64,000 nucleotides of DNA from Candidatus Eiseniibacteriota bacterium (lineage in GTDB: Bacteria > Eisenbacteria > RBG-16-71-46 > JABDJR01). The stretch spans positions 259,418 through 323,417 of the forward strand of contig CAWANH010000003.1 of NCBI GenBank assembly GCA_963783375.1. The letters run 5' to 3'. The notes beneath the pieces are model-generated. The model did not search any database and was not told the DNA's origin. It was given only the letters and a program-made list of their open reading frames with translations. Position 1 is the stretch's first letter, and each line of letters opens with the position of its first letter. Below, one piece after another: positions 19,320 to 29,686 of the stretch. The translations under genes were made by a program, and so were the position numbers.

Positions 19320-21353
19320 TTGACCCGTGTCCGTCTCCCACTGGCTCTCGCCTTGATGCTCTCCCTTCTTCCCGTCGCCGGGCCGGCCCGCGCCGCGGTC
19401 AGCCGGGACATGCTCCGCGAAATCCTCACCCGGGAACAGTCGCGGGAGACCGCCGACGGCTACCTGGTCGGCCTGACCGCCAACACCGATCCTGCGGTCC
19501 GCGCCCGGGCCTATCGCGCCCTGGGAAGGATCCAGGACGCCAAGCTCCTCGACACCTTCACCCTCGGCCTGCGCGACCCCGATCCTGCCGTGCGGATGGA
19601 GGTGGCCTTCGCCCTTGGCCAGATCCAGGATCCCATCGCCGAACCGGGACTGCGGAACGCGCTGATCCAGGAATCGGACTCGGGGGTGCGGGGGCGGTTG
19701 GTCGAGGGTCTGGGGAAGTGCGGCACCGAGACCTCGGTGAAGCCGGTCTCCGAGTTCCTCACCGCCTCCGACACCACCGTGGCCCATGCCGCGGCCATCG
19801 CCCTCGGCGACCTCGGCCGTCGCGGGGTCGACCTCACCCCCGTGGCCTCCGCCCTGGACATGGCGATCCGAAGCCCCGATCCCGGGCTCCGCTGGCGGGC
19901 GGCCTACGCCGTGCAGCGGGGCAAGGTGAGCGGGGCCAGCGTCGGGGTGGAGCGGGCGCTCAAGAGCGAGGACACCCTGACCCGGATCTTCGCCTGCCGG
20001 GCCGCCGGCGCCCTGGGGGGGCTCGGCATCTCGGACGCCGCGAAGTGGGTGGCCCCTCTGCTGAGGAGCGACGATTGGCGGGTGCGGGTCGAGGCCCTGA
20101 AGGCCATCGCGGCGACCAAGAACTCCCAGTTCATCGGGCAGGCCAGCGTGCTGCTCGACGATCCGGTCCAGACCGTGCGCCTGGCCGCGCTGGACGTGAT
20201 GCGGGTCTTCGCTCCCAAGGGCGCCATGGCCCGCCTGGACGGGTACCAGCAGTCGAGCGACTGGCACGTCCGCGTGGGCTGGCTCCTGGCCCAGGCCGCC
20301 GGATCCGGGGATGGCGCCCTCCCCGATCTCCAGGCGGCCATGAAGGACCCCGATTGGCGGATGCGGAGCGCCGCCGCCGAGGCCCTCGGCACGATCAAGT
20401 CCCCCCAGGCCCTCCTTTTCATAGAGAAGATGGTCGACGACGAGTCGCCCCAGGTCAAAACCGAGGTCATGAGCCAGCTCACCGAGTTTCCCCAGCTCGA
20501 AGCGGTGGAGTACCTCCGGAAGGGGCTCTCGAGCAGCGACCCCGCGGTGCTCACGGTGACCGCGAGCGGCGTGGGCCAGCGGTACGACCTGGCCGCGGTG
20601 GCTCCCCTCATGACGGCCTACGACCGGCTCCAGGCTCCGGTGGACATCGAGCCGATGACCGCGATCCTGGAGGCCCTCGGCCAGATCCTGGCCCCGGCCC
20701 CCGAGGGGGTGGAGCCGGTGGGGACCCTGTCCGCGGTCGATAGGTCGAAGGCGGTGTCCTTCCTGGAGTCCGCGCTCCACGATCCCGATCCCAACATCTC
20801 CAAGGCCGCGGCGGCCGCCCTGACCCAGGTGAAGGGAGAGGCCGTCCGGCCGGCCACCGTGGCCAAGGAGGGGATTCCCCCCGAGTTCGACATGGACCTC
20901 GCCCTCGCCCTGGAAATGGGCGAGAAGGAGCCGACCGCGGTCCTGAAGACCAACCAGGGCACCATCACGCTGAAGCTCGACGGCCGGGAGGCCCCGGGCA
21001 CCGTGGCCAACTTCGTCTCCCTGGCCCAGCGCGGTTTCTACAACGGCCTGACCTTCCACCGGGTGGTGCCGGATTTCGTCATCCAGGGAGGGGACCCGCG
21101 CGGGGACGGTTGGGGAGGACCCGGATACGCCATTCGGTGCGAGTACAATCCTCTTCATTACCGGACCGGGACCCTAGGGATGGCCCTCTCCGGAAAGGAC
21201 ACCGGCGGGAGCCAGTTCTTCATCACCCAGTCGCCCCAGCCCCATCTGGACGGGAACTACACGATCTTCGGCCAGGTGATCTCCGGCGAGAATGTCGTGG
21301 ACAAGATCCAGGTCGGGGATACGATCAACGAGGTGCAGATCGTAGGACTCTAG
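19320..21353 (+). CDS. Secreted HEAT-repeat protein with C-terminal cyclophilin-type PPIase
   Basis: TTG start after GAGGAGG; signal peptide; DPAVR/DWRVR HEAT repeats; [28 protein letters not shown]. Confidence 0.9.
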   Translation: MTRVRLPLALALMLSLLPVAGPARAAVSRDMLREILTREQSRETADGYLVGLTANTDPAVRARAYRALGRIQDAKLLDTFTLGLRDPDPAVRMEVAFALGQIQDPIAEPGLRNALIQESDSGVRGRLVEGLGKCGTETSVKPVSEFLTASDTTVAHAAAIALGDLGRRGVDLTPVASALDMAIRSPDPGLRWRAAYAVQRGKVSGASVGVERALKSEDTLTRIFACRAAGALGGLGISDAAKWVAPLLRSDDWRVRVEALKAIAATKNSQFIGQASVLLDDPVQTVRLAALDVMRVFAPKGAMARLDGYQQSSDWHVRVGWLLAQAAGSGDGALPDLQAAMKDPDWRMRSAAAEALGTIKSPQALLFIEKMVDDESPQVKTEVMSQLTEFPQLEAVEYLRKGLSSSDPAVLTVTASGVGQRYDLAAVAPLMTAYDRLQAPVDIEPMTAILEALGQILAPAPEGVEPVGTLSAVDRSKAVSFLESALHDPDPNISKAAAAALTQVKGEAVRPATVAKEGIPPEFDMDLALALEMGEKEPTAVLKTNQGTITLKLDGREAPGTVANFVSLAQRGFYNGLTFHRVVPDFVIQGGDPRGDGWGGPGYAIRCEYNPLHYRTGTLGMALSGKDTGGSQFFITQSPQPHLDGNYTIFGQVISGENVVDKIQVGDTINEVQIVGL

Positions 21354-21480
21354 GCGGCGGCCGATCCGGCGTCCGGACCACCGGTGGACCGCTCGAACCC
21401 CGATTCGCTAACGCACCCCGGTTACGACGCCGATCCAATGGGCGAGGGGCGCCCGGCCGGCGCCCCGGGAGAGGTGTGCC

Positions 21481-22401
21481 ATGACCCCATTGAAGGCGCC
21501 CGCGCGCTGCCAGACCGATGCCTGTACGGATCCCGCGCTTCCCATGTCCACGGTCTGCTGGTTTCACCTCGACGATCGGGAGGGATATCGCACTCTCCAG
21601 TCCCGCGCCGTCGGCGCGGGCGAGGACCTGGCCCGCTCGCAGTTCAAGGGCGTGGACTTCAGCGACCTCGATTTCTCCGGAGCCATGCTGCCGGAGAGCA
21701 ACTTCGAGGGCGCGGTCCTGCGCGGGGCGAACCTCGGCCGCGCCCTCCTCTACGCCGCCCGTCTGGTGGACGCCGACGCCGGGCAGGCCGACTTCTCCGA
21801 AGCCGATATGGGTCGGGTGCGCGCCCAGCGAGCCTACCTCGCCGGCGCCCGCCTGGTGCGCGCGGCCATGAACCAGATCCGGTTGGCGCGGGCGGTTCTC
21901 GACGGCGCCGACCTGAGCCACGCCGATCTCACCGAAGCCATCGCTCCCGGGGCCTACATGACCGGGACGCGCATGGAGGGCGCCACCCTGACCGGCGCCG
22001 ATTTCTCCGGGGCCTATCTCAAGGGGTCCTTCGCCCGGGACATCCAGGCCGGAGGGGTCCGCCTCACCCGGGCGGTGGCCTCGGACGTGGACTGGCACGG
22101 CGCCAACCTGGAGGGGGCGGATCTCCGCCGGCTGGTCGCGGTGGCCTCGGACTTCACCCTCGCCCGGGCCGCCGGAGCGGATCTTCGCGGGGCCAGGCTC
22201 CGGAGCGCGATCTTCGACCGCGCCGACTTGAGCGGGGCGGATCTCCGCGGGGCCGACCTGACCGGCGCGATCCTCGAGGGAACCCAGTTCGAGAAGGCGG
22301 ACCTTCGCGGGGCGCGCCTGGCCGGGGCGCGGATCTTCGGCGTGGTCCTCGACGGCGCCCGCACCGAAGGCGCGGACGTGGACCTCTCCGGGGCGGCGTA
22401 G
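21481..22401 (+). CDS. Pentapeptide repeat protein with N-terminal Cys/His motif
   Basis: Long A(D/N)LxG repeat array; N-terminal C-x4-C-x10-C-x2-H. Confidence 0.9.
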   Translation: MTPLKAPARCQTDACTDPALPMSTVCWFHLDDREGYRTLQSRAVGAGEDLARSQFKGVDFSDLDFSGAMLPESNFEGAVLRGANLGRALLYAARLVDADAGQADFSEADMGRVRAQRAYLAGARLVRAAMNQIRLARAVLDGADLSHADLTEAIAPGAYMTGTRMEGATLTGADFSGAYLKGSFARDIQAGGVRLTRAVASDVDWHGANLEGADLRRLVAVASDFTLARAAGADLRGARLRSAIFDRADLSGADLRGADLTGAILEGTQFEKADLRGARLAGARIFGVVLDGARTEGADVDLSGAA

Positions 22402-22489
22402 CTCCCGGCGATCGCCGGCCCGGGACTTTCCGGGACGCGGCCTTGGAGCCGGCGACCCGGTCGCGCGGAGACGCGTGGAACCGGCGCGG

Positions 22490-24271
22490 TCAGTCCAGCC
22501 AGTGGCCCCCGGCGGGATCGCCCCGGAGCATCATGTTCCGGGCCAGGGGCAAGGGCGGCGCCCCCAGGGCCAGGAGCCGGGCGTGGAAGCGCTCGAGGTC
22601 GAAGTCCTTCCCCTCCGCCCGCCTCGTCTCGGCCCTGAGCCCCTCGATCTCCATCCGTCCCAGGGTGTAGACCAGGTACAGCGGGTCGAAGGTCCCCCGA
22701 GCGGCTTCGCGCTCCGCGATCGCCGGCTCCAGGTAGCAGCGATCCTCCAGGAAGCGCGCCGCATCGGAGACCGTCCATCCCTCGGTCTGAAGCCCCAGCG
22801 CCACCCGGAACCGGCCCGCCCGCCGGAGCGCCGACTGCAAGGTGGCCAGCCGGAATCCCGGGTCCTCGGCGCGATAGCCGCGCTCCACCACCAGGGCTTC
22901 GGCGTAGTGCGCCCAGCCCTCCACGAAGGCCCCGCACTGCACCACGCGGCGGACCGGGCGGTCGAGCCGGTTCGAGACCAGGGCCTGGAGATAGTGGCCG
23001 GGCCAGGTCTCGTGGGCGACGAGGTTTCGGAGCAGCGACCGGTTCAGGAACCGGAGCTGCTCTTCGCGGGCCGTGGGGATCGCGCCCGGATCGGGAAGGG
23101 TCACGTAGAACACCCCGGCCCGATCCCCCGGCGCGAAGGGGGCGGGGGCGGCGAGGCTGGCGTTGGTCCAGCGGGAGTAAGAGGGACTCGGGCGAACCAG
23201 GACCCGGGGGCCTTTGGGGACCGGCACCACGCCGTCGCGAACCACGAACTTCCGGGCGTCGCCGATCGCGGTCTCGGTGAAGGCCAGGATCTCTCCGGGA
23301 TCGGGATGGTCCTCCGCCACCCGTCGCATCGCCTCCCCCGGAGTGAGGGTCGAGTCCATGCGGAGCGCCGTCGCGCGGAAGCGGGCGTCCAGACGGGTCA
23401 GCTCGGCCTCGGCCTGGGCGCGCAGCCGGGGAAGGGGCGTGACCACCCCCTCTTCCGCCCTCAGGTACCCCGCGAACAGCGACGATCCGAGGGCGACCTC
23501 TCCGGAGGATCGGGGTAGCACGTCTTCGCTCAAGCTCCGCCGGTAGTCCCAGACCGCCCGGAGCGCGGCGGTGGTGGCGGCGGCGAGGGAATCGGTGAGC
23601 GCGGTGTCCGCGAGGTCCGCGGTCGCGGCGGGGATCCCGTCGATCAGGAAGGAGCTGAGCGCATCGGCCTCGGTGATCGCCTGCTCCACCAGAATCCGGG
23701 GGGGATCCTGGACCATGCTCAAGGACATCTCGAGGAACGAGGGGACCTCGCTTTCGCGGGCCACCAGGCTTCGGACCCGGTCGGAGACCGCGCTTGGATT
23801 TCCGTCCAGAAGCCCGCTCAATCCGCTGGCCACCATCCGGATCGCCGTCCCCGGATCCCGGGACCAGACGTCCAGGCTGTCCGCCTCGAACCGTCGCCGG
23901 CGGAGATCGTAGATCATGAGCGCGGCGTCGTAACGGTCGTCGGCGGAGTAGACGGAGTCCTTCAGGGCCTCGACCCGGGACTCGAAGTCGAGGAGAGCGC
24001 CCCGCGCCGAGTCCCGTCCCGCGAAACCTGCCGGTCCGAGGGTCCGGTCCCCCCCGTGAAGGCCCAGGAGCGTGGCCCCCACCGGATCCACGGTCTGGAG
24101 GAGCCGGAGGTAATCCGCCTCCAGGGACCGCATCCCGGGAGAGAAGGAGGCGTCGGCGGGGAGCGGCGGGAGAGGCCGGGAGGCGGCGGCCGGTGACGGC
24201 CCCCGCCCCGCCAGGACGAGCGCGAACAGGATGAGCAGACGACGGAAGGTCAAGCGAGAACTCCGGTCCAT
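22490..24271 (-). CDS. DUF885 family protein
   Basis: Signal peptide; HETWPGHYLQ, FVEGWAHYAE, YTLGRMEI..LR, FHARLL..G. Confidence 0.88.
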   Translation of the reverse strand: MDRSSRLTFRRLLILFALVLAGRGPSPAAASRPLPPLPADASFSPGMRSLEADYLRLLQTVDPVGATLLGLHGGDRTLGPAGFAGRDSARGALLDFESRVEALKDSVYSADDRYDAALMIYDLRRRRFEADSLDVWSRDPGTAIRMVASGLSGLLDGNPSAVSDRVRSLVARESEVPSFLEMSLSMVQDPPRILVEQAITEADALSSFLIDGIPAATADLADTALTDSLAAATTAALRAVWDYRRSLSEDVLPRSSGEVALGSSLFAGYLRAEEGVVTPLPRLRAQAEAELTRLDARFRATALRMDSTLTPGEAMRRVAEDHPDPGEILAFTETAIGDARKFVVRDGVVPVPKGPRVLVRPSPSYSRWTNASLAAPAPFAPGDRAGVFYVTLPDPGAIPTAREEQLRFLNRSLLRNLVAHETWPGHYLQALVSNRLDRPVRRVVQCGAFVEGWAHYAEALVVERGYRAEDPGFRLATLQSALRRAGRFRVALGLQTEGWTVSDAARFLEDRCYLEPAIAEREAARGTFDPLYLVYTLGRMEIEGLRAETRRAEGKDFDLERFHARLLALGAPPLPLARNMMLRGDPAGGHWLD

Positions 24272-24408
24272 CGGTAAAGGGTGGGGGGAGCTGAACGGTC
24301 GCGTCGGGCCGAAGCCCGGACGACGATTCCAGTATAGGTTCGATGCCCGGCGAGAGAAAGAGACCGAGTCGAAAAAACTCGGCGGCGGGCGCGATCGCCT
24401 ACCGGCGA

Positions 24409-27248
24409 TCATGGAAGGAGCGTCACCCTCCGCGTCTCCCGTTCGGAGCCGGCGGCGAAGCGGAGGAAGTATACCCCCGAACCCAGCCGCCGACCGTCTC
24501 CCCCGAGCGGGGGCCAGATCACCCGGTAGGTCCCCGGCTCCCGGCTCCCCCGGACCAGCCGCGCCGCCCGCCGCCCGCGGACGTCGAAGAGGTCCAGGGC
24601 CACCTCCGAGGCCTCGGCCACGTGGTAGGTGATCCACTCCCCACGCCGGGCATGGATCACCGCGGGCACGCCGTCCGGGAATCCGCCCGGTCGGGGCGGG
24701 TCCGCCTGGATGGTGATCGGGGGGGTGCGCGACGCGAGGTCCGGCCCCCATCGCAGATCGTAGCGAGCGGTCGTCCCGGAGACGCCGTCCACCGACCACT
24801 CCACCAGGTCCTGGCGGCCCCGGAAGGGAATCACCGCGAGAAGCAGGGACTCCCCACCGCGCTCCCGCATCAGCCGGACCTCCCCCGCGGCATCGTCGTC
24901 CACCACGGGGCGGACGTGGACGTCGAACCGGATCCGGCCGTTCCCGGCCGGGGCGGCGTCCAGGGTCGCGGCGAAGGACGGATCCCAGCTCCGCACCACC
25001 ACGTCGTCCACCGTCCACCCGTCGTAGAGGTTGGATTCCTCCCCGTAGGCGGCGACGAAGTGGAAGCGGAAGAGGGTGGACCCCTCGATGCCGATCAGCG
25101 GCACCCGGACCGGCTCCCAGGCTTCGAGCCTTCCCCCCAGACCGCCGTCCCCGGGTAGGGGTTCCCGTCGGCCAGGGCGAAGGTCATGGGATATCCCCCG
25201 TCCGGGACCAGCATCCGCCAGGTGGCGCCCCCGTCGGTCGATAGCTCCAGGAAGCCCCCGTCCAGAGCATAGTCGCCGTAGCTCCGCGTGCTCACGGAGT
25301 GCTCGAAGCAAAGCTCGGAGTTCCCGGACAGCTCGTACGGTCCGAGCACCAGCCCGCCGTCGGCGCCGGCGGCGGACGTCCATCCCGGCACCGCGCGGGC
25401 CCGATAGGCCCAGTCCCCGGACGCCGCCCGCTGACTCTCCCGCTTCCAGGTCTGGGGCGCCCCCTCGCGCACCGCCGCCGTCCGGACCGCGACCGAATCC
25501 CTTTCGAACCCCTCCCTCCCCCGGACCGAGGCCCCGGTGGGAAGAGGAGCGGCGAGATCGTAGTCCCGGCCGGGACTTTCCCAGATCGCTTCGAGCACCA
25601 CCGGCGCCCCCGACCCCGGCGTCCCGGGCCGCTCCCGGATCGTCCAGAGGGGGCCGGTGTCACGGGTCTCGAACGGGTTCAGGGCCTCCATGTCGACCGC
25701 GGCCGGGCCGGAGATGTCCAGCGCCGGGGCGGGAACCAGGCGCAGGGTCCCGGCGGGAAGGCGGGGGCCGCGATTGGACAGGCGGAGACGGACCGCGCCT
25801 CCCTCCGCCGGCAGATCCGCGAGGAGTCCGCCGGAGGGAAGGACGTCCAGGCGAAGGCGCGGCTCCCGGCCCAGATCCCGTCCCACCGCCACCGCGGCGC
25901 GCATGACCGGGCCGGGCTTTCCGATCCGGCGGATCGCCACCCCGGTCGGGGTCCCGTCGTTGGCGCGGGTGTCGGGGCGGGTGTTCACGGCCAGGTCCCG
26001 CACGCCGAGCGCCCCGGGGAACGCGTCGCCCGGCTCCCCGAGGTTCCGCGGGAACTCCCCCTCCAGGCTCCGGTGGCCGTCAGCTTCAACCACCCGGATC
26101 CGGTAACGGCGGGGATCGCTCTGGGCCGGCACCGCGGTGTCGACGTGGTAGACCAGGAGCCCGTCGGTGGGAAGGTAGTCGTCGATCCCGGTTCGCCGGC
26201 GGTTCTCGGCCAGGAAATACTCGGGACCGGCCTCCCCCCGGGTCCAGAGCTTCAGCACGAAGGGCTCGCCTCCCACCGCGGGGATGTCCAGGTCCGGCTC
26301 GTCGGCGATGAGGGTGATGGGCTCCGCGAACCCCCACTCGATCCGGGTGAAGGGATCGGGACCGGTTGGATGGGTGGCGTCCACCAGCCACATCCCGTAG
26401 GCCATGACCGAGAAGTTCCCGAGGCCGTTCCCCCGCACGCTCACGTCGTAGAGATCCTCTCCTCCCAGGACATGCCCGAACTCGTGGACGGCCACCCCTA
26501 CGTGGTCGTCGCCGGAGAACATGGCGTAGTCGGGCACGCCGACCGTCCCCACCCGGGTCATGGTGGTCATGGTCCAGTAGTGGGAGCGAAGGTCGTCGCT
26601 TCGACCGGTGCGCTCGGCCCCGTAGCCCGGATAGACCACCAGGAGGCCGTCCAGGATCCCGTCGTCGTCCCCGCTCCCCGGCGCCCCGTCCGGCCCGTCG
26701 TTGTCGAACCGGGTGAAGTCCACCCCGTCCTCCACCGCCGCCCGCACCGCGTCGGCGGCCAGAGCGCGCGCGTTGTGGGGCCAGCAGGCCCGGCAGAGCC
26801 CGGAGCTTCCCCCGGGATAGGAGGCGTAGGGGCTGGGCATCCGATACCAGCCCACGACCTCTCCGGTCACGTCGAACCGGCCGTAGCTCGCCTCCAGGTA
26901 GTAGTCGCGAAGGCTTACCGTGTCCGCCTCGCCGCGGCTGAAGAGCATGCGCCGGTAGGTGGCCGGGGGGTGGACGGCGCGCTCGGCGGGGCGATCGTCG
27001 AAGTCCACCAGGATCACCAGCACCCGGGGGTGGCCGGTCCAGCGTCGCCCCGCGGTCCCCTCCCCCGCCAGGCGGGCGACCCCGGGGGGAAGGACCGGCT
27101 CGCGGGGGAGATCCGCGATCTCAGTGGGCTCCAGGGTCCGCAGGAGTTCCGGGGAGGGCGGTGCGGCCTCGGCGGAGCGCGTCGCGCCCGCAGGGAGAGC
27201 GGCGAGGATCAACCCGAAAACGGCGAGGACAATGACCGGTTTGTTCAT
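24409..27248 (-). CDS. M6 (immune inhibitor A-like) metalloprotease with C-terminal FlgD/T9SS-like domain, split by a frameshift at about 25135
   Basis: VILVDFDD, SLRDYYLEASYG, HEFGHVLG.EDLYD, EYFLAENR; the second frame continues with GWTVDDV and DLFDVRGR...LGSGVYFLR; junction at a G6 run. Confidence 0.85.
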
Positions 27249-27453
27249 GGGAACCTGAGGCCGGGGCCGTGAGACCAAGGGAGGGCGCTTTTCGGATCAT
27301 ACAAGCCGGGGGGGACCGGGGCAAACCGGGGCGGGAGCCGGCGCTCGCGGGGCGGCTCCCCCGCCGGGCAGGGGGAGGGCCCGCCCTCAAGGCCGGGCCT
27401 GAAAAGCCGATATACCAGGATGTTGCAGGGACTCCTCCAGCCAAGGAACGGGT

Positions 27454-27678
27454 ATGAAGGCCGAACCAGTCCCAGCCGGAAGTCGGCTGCTGATCGCTCT
27501 CGCGCTCCTTCTCGTGGGCTCCCTCGGGTGCGCGGGCCAGAGGCCGGAGCCGATGACCCAGGCCGAGATCCGCCCGCCGCAGCCCGGGTCGCGCGCGGTG
27601 TGGCTGCCGGGCCACTGGGAGTGGGTCGACCGGGAGAGCGGCTACCGGTGGGTCGAAGGTCACTGGCGGACACCCTGA
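27454..27678 (+). CDS. Small lipoprotein with YXWGXW (WxxGxW) repeats
   Basis: Lipobox SLGC; VWLPGHWEW and RWVEGHW repeats. Confidence 0.75.
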   Translation: MKAEPVPAGSRLLIALALLLVGSLGCAGQRPEPMTQAEIRPPQPGSRAVWLPGHWEWVDRESGYRWVEGHWRTP

Positions 27679-27851
27679 TGTGGTCGATATTCAAAGCCCT
27701 GATGATCTACGAGCTGCGCCGGTTCTGGCGTTTGCTCCTCCGTCGTCCCGAACCCCCCGGCCGCTTCGTCCGCTATCGGGAGCGGATTCGCGTCGAGTCC
27801 GGTCCGGTATCGGATCCCGCCGACGACCCCGGCGTCGGCCCGCCCCGATGA
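27678..27851 (+). CDS. Small hypothetical protein
   Basis: TGATG stop/start overlap with the lipoprotein gene; MWSIFKALMIYELRRFW. Confidence 0.45.
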   Translation: MWSIFKALMIYELRRFWRLLLRRPEPPGRFVRYRERIRVESGPVSDPADDPGVGPPR

Positions 27852-28001
27852 AGGGCGATCGCACCTATCCATAATTCATATCGGCCACCGCCGAACATGG
27901 CCGAAAGCCCCTCGTCCTGCTAAGCTGACTTGTTTACCGATAGTCGCCCCCCGCGGGCGGCTTTGATACCTACCCATGGATATCGAGAGTTGAACGTGCG
28001 T

Positions 28002-28559
28002 ATGCAACCCGGACATCGATTCGCGGTCCTCTTCGCCGCCCTCCTGGCGGTTTCGTCGGGGGCGGCCCTCCTGCCGCTCCCGCAGCACGGCGCCTCCATC
28101 GCCGAGGCCTCGGGGAAGAACGCCGACAAGCCCCCGCTCCTCCGATGGGACCTCCTCCGTCAGACCTTCTACAATCCGCCGTCCGAGGTGACCTTCCCGG
28201 ACAGCCTTCGGCTCTACGACGGGAAGAAGGTGAGGATGGAGGGCTACATCATGCCCAACTTCGGATCCCAGGATCAGGCGGACCTGCTCCTGACCGGACT
28301 CCATCCGCGGAGCCTGTTCTGCGGGCCGACCGACATGACCGCGCTGGTCCAGGTCTACATGCCGGGTTTCGACCCGGTGGGATGGCCCACCCTTCCCATC
28401 GAGATGGTGGGCACCTTCTTCATCTCCAAGCGCCCGCTGAGCCTGCACGCCATCTACTACATGAACGGAATCTCCTGGCGGCCGCTGAAGACCTGGGAGC
28501 AGGACTTCCCGGGAACGGTGGACGAGTTCCAGTCCGAGCAGGACCTGGGGGACCGGTAG
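28002..28559 (+). CDS. DUF3299-like exported protein
   Basis: Signal peptide; LRWDLL...YDGKKVRMEGYIMP...FCG pattern. Confidence 0.65.
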   Translation: MQPGHRFAVLFAALLAVSSGAALLPLPQHGASIAEASGKNADKPPLLRWDLLRQTFYNPPSEVTFPDSLRLYDGKKVRMEGYIMPNFGSQDQADLLLTGLHPRSLFCGPTDMTALVQVYMPGFDPVGWPTLPIEMVGTFFISKRPLSLHAIYYMNGISWRPLKTWEQDFPGTVDEFQSEQDLGDR

Positions 28560-28639
28560 CCGGCCCGGGGGGACGGCATTCCATACCGCGGAGGGATCCG
28601 CGTTCCATCCGGACGAACCCCTGGTGTCCTCCTCCGCGG

Positions 28640-29686
28640 TCAGCGGACGAGCGCCTCGGGATTCAGCACCCGGAACTCAACCCGGCGGTTGAGCGCCCGG
28701 CCGGTCTCGGTGGCGTTGGAAGCCACCGGGTCGCTCTCCCCGTAGCCCCGGGCGACCACCCGGTCGGCGGCGAGCCCGCCCTCGCCGATCAGGAACTCCC
28801 GCACGGCTTCCGCCCGCCGCCGGCTGAGCTGCTGGTTCATCTCCGCGCTCCCCCGGCTGTCGGTGTGCCCGGCCACCTCGATCCGGGCCTCGGGATATCC
28901 GGCCAGGACCTGGGCGATGGTGAGGAGCGTCTCCCGCGAAATCGGGAGCAGGATCGTCTTTCCCGTCTCGAAGAGAATGAGGTTGGTGCGGAGAAGCCCG
29001 GGCTCCAGGAACGCCTGGCGGATCACCCGGGGGGTCAGGGTGGTGGTGGGCTCCGCGACCTCGGGGGCGCGGACGGTGTCCCCGGCCCCCACGCTCGGGG
29101 GAACGCCGACCAGGGGTTTGGTGGATGGTTCTCCCGGAGGGATGGAGGAGGTCGGGGGGACGGAGCCCGGCGCGACCAGCGGTTCCGCGGGCGCGCCCGC
29201 GGTTCCGGCCGCTTCCCGACTCCCCGGCGTCACGGGCTCCGGCTCGGGGGACGGGATGACCACGGTGATCGGCCCGTGGGCCCCGCGCCCGATCGGGGGC
29301 GCTTTCCTGGGCCAGGGCGGCATCGAGGCCTCGGAGCGGGACGCGGGTGGGCGGGGGAATCCCATGGCCCGGAGTTCCTCGCGGAGGATCTCCCGCACCA
29401 CCGCCACCAGGGAATCCGAGGCGGCCGCGGTGTCGGCGACGGCCGCCCCCGCGCGTACCGGGACGGCCCCACCGCTACGGATCCGGACCCCGCCGGGAGG
29501 GCCGTAGCGCACGTACATGACCGTCCCGTCGGGGAGGGGCACGCGGGTCCATGCCCCGTCGCTCTCCGCGCCGGCCCCGGCCCCGCGGGGAGAAGCCTCC
29601 GCGACCGGAGCCCCGACGGCGACGCTCGACGCCGCGAGGCCCGCGATCGCGATGAGCCCGTAGGCGGCCGCCCGAACGCCGGTCAT
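28640..29686 (-). CDS. Periplasmic OmpA_C peptidoglycan-binding protein with Pro-rich linker
   Basis: Signal peptide; ILFETGK, VAGHTDSRG, NQQLSRRRA, NRRVEF; TAATG coupling with upstream gene. Confidence 0.88.
   Translation of the reverse strand: MTGVRAAAYGLIAIAGLAASSVAVGAPVAEASPRGAGAGAESDGAWTRVPLPDGTVMYVRYGPPGGVRIRSGGAVPVRAGAAVADTAAASDSLVAVVREILREELRAMGFPRPPASRSEASMPPWPRKAPPIGRGAHGPITVVIPSPEPEPVTPGSREAAGTAGAPAEPLVAPGSVPPTSSIPPGEPSTKPLVGVPPSVGAGDTVRAPEVAEPTTTLTPRVIRQAFLEPGLLRTNLILFETGKTILLPISRETLLTIAQVLAGYPEARIEVAGHTDSRGSAEMNQQLSRRRAEAVREFLIGEGGLAADRVVARGYGESDPVASNATETGRALNRRVEFRVLNPEALVR

Noticed and set aside
21640-22395. Short periodic DNA repeats (GCGGATCT...) as a possible CRISPR or VNTR
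   Set aside because: Explained by pentapeptide codons; no constant repeat with unique spacers
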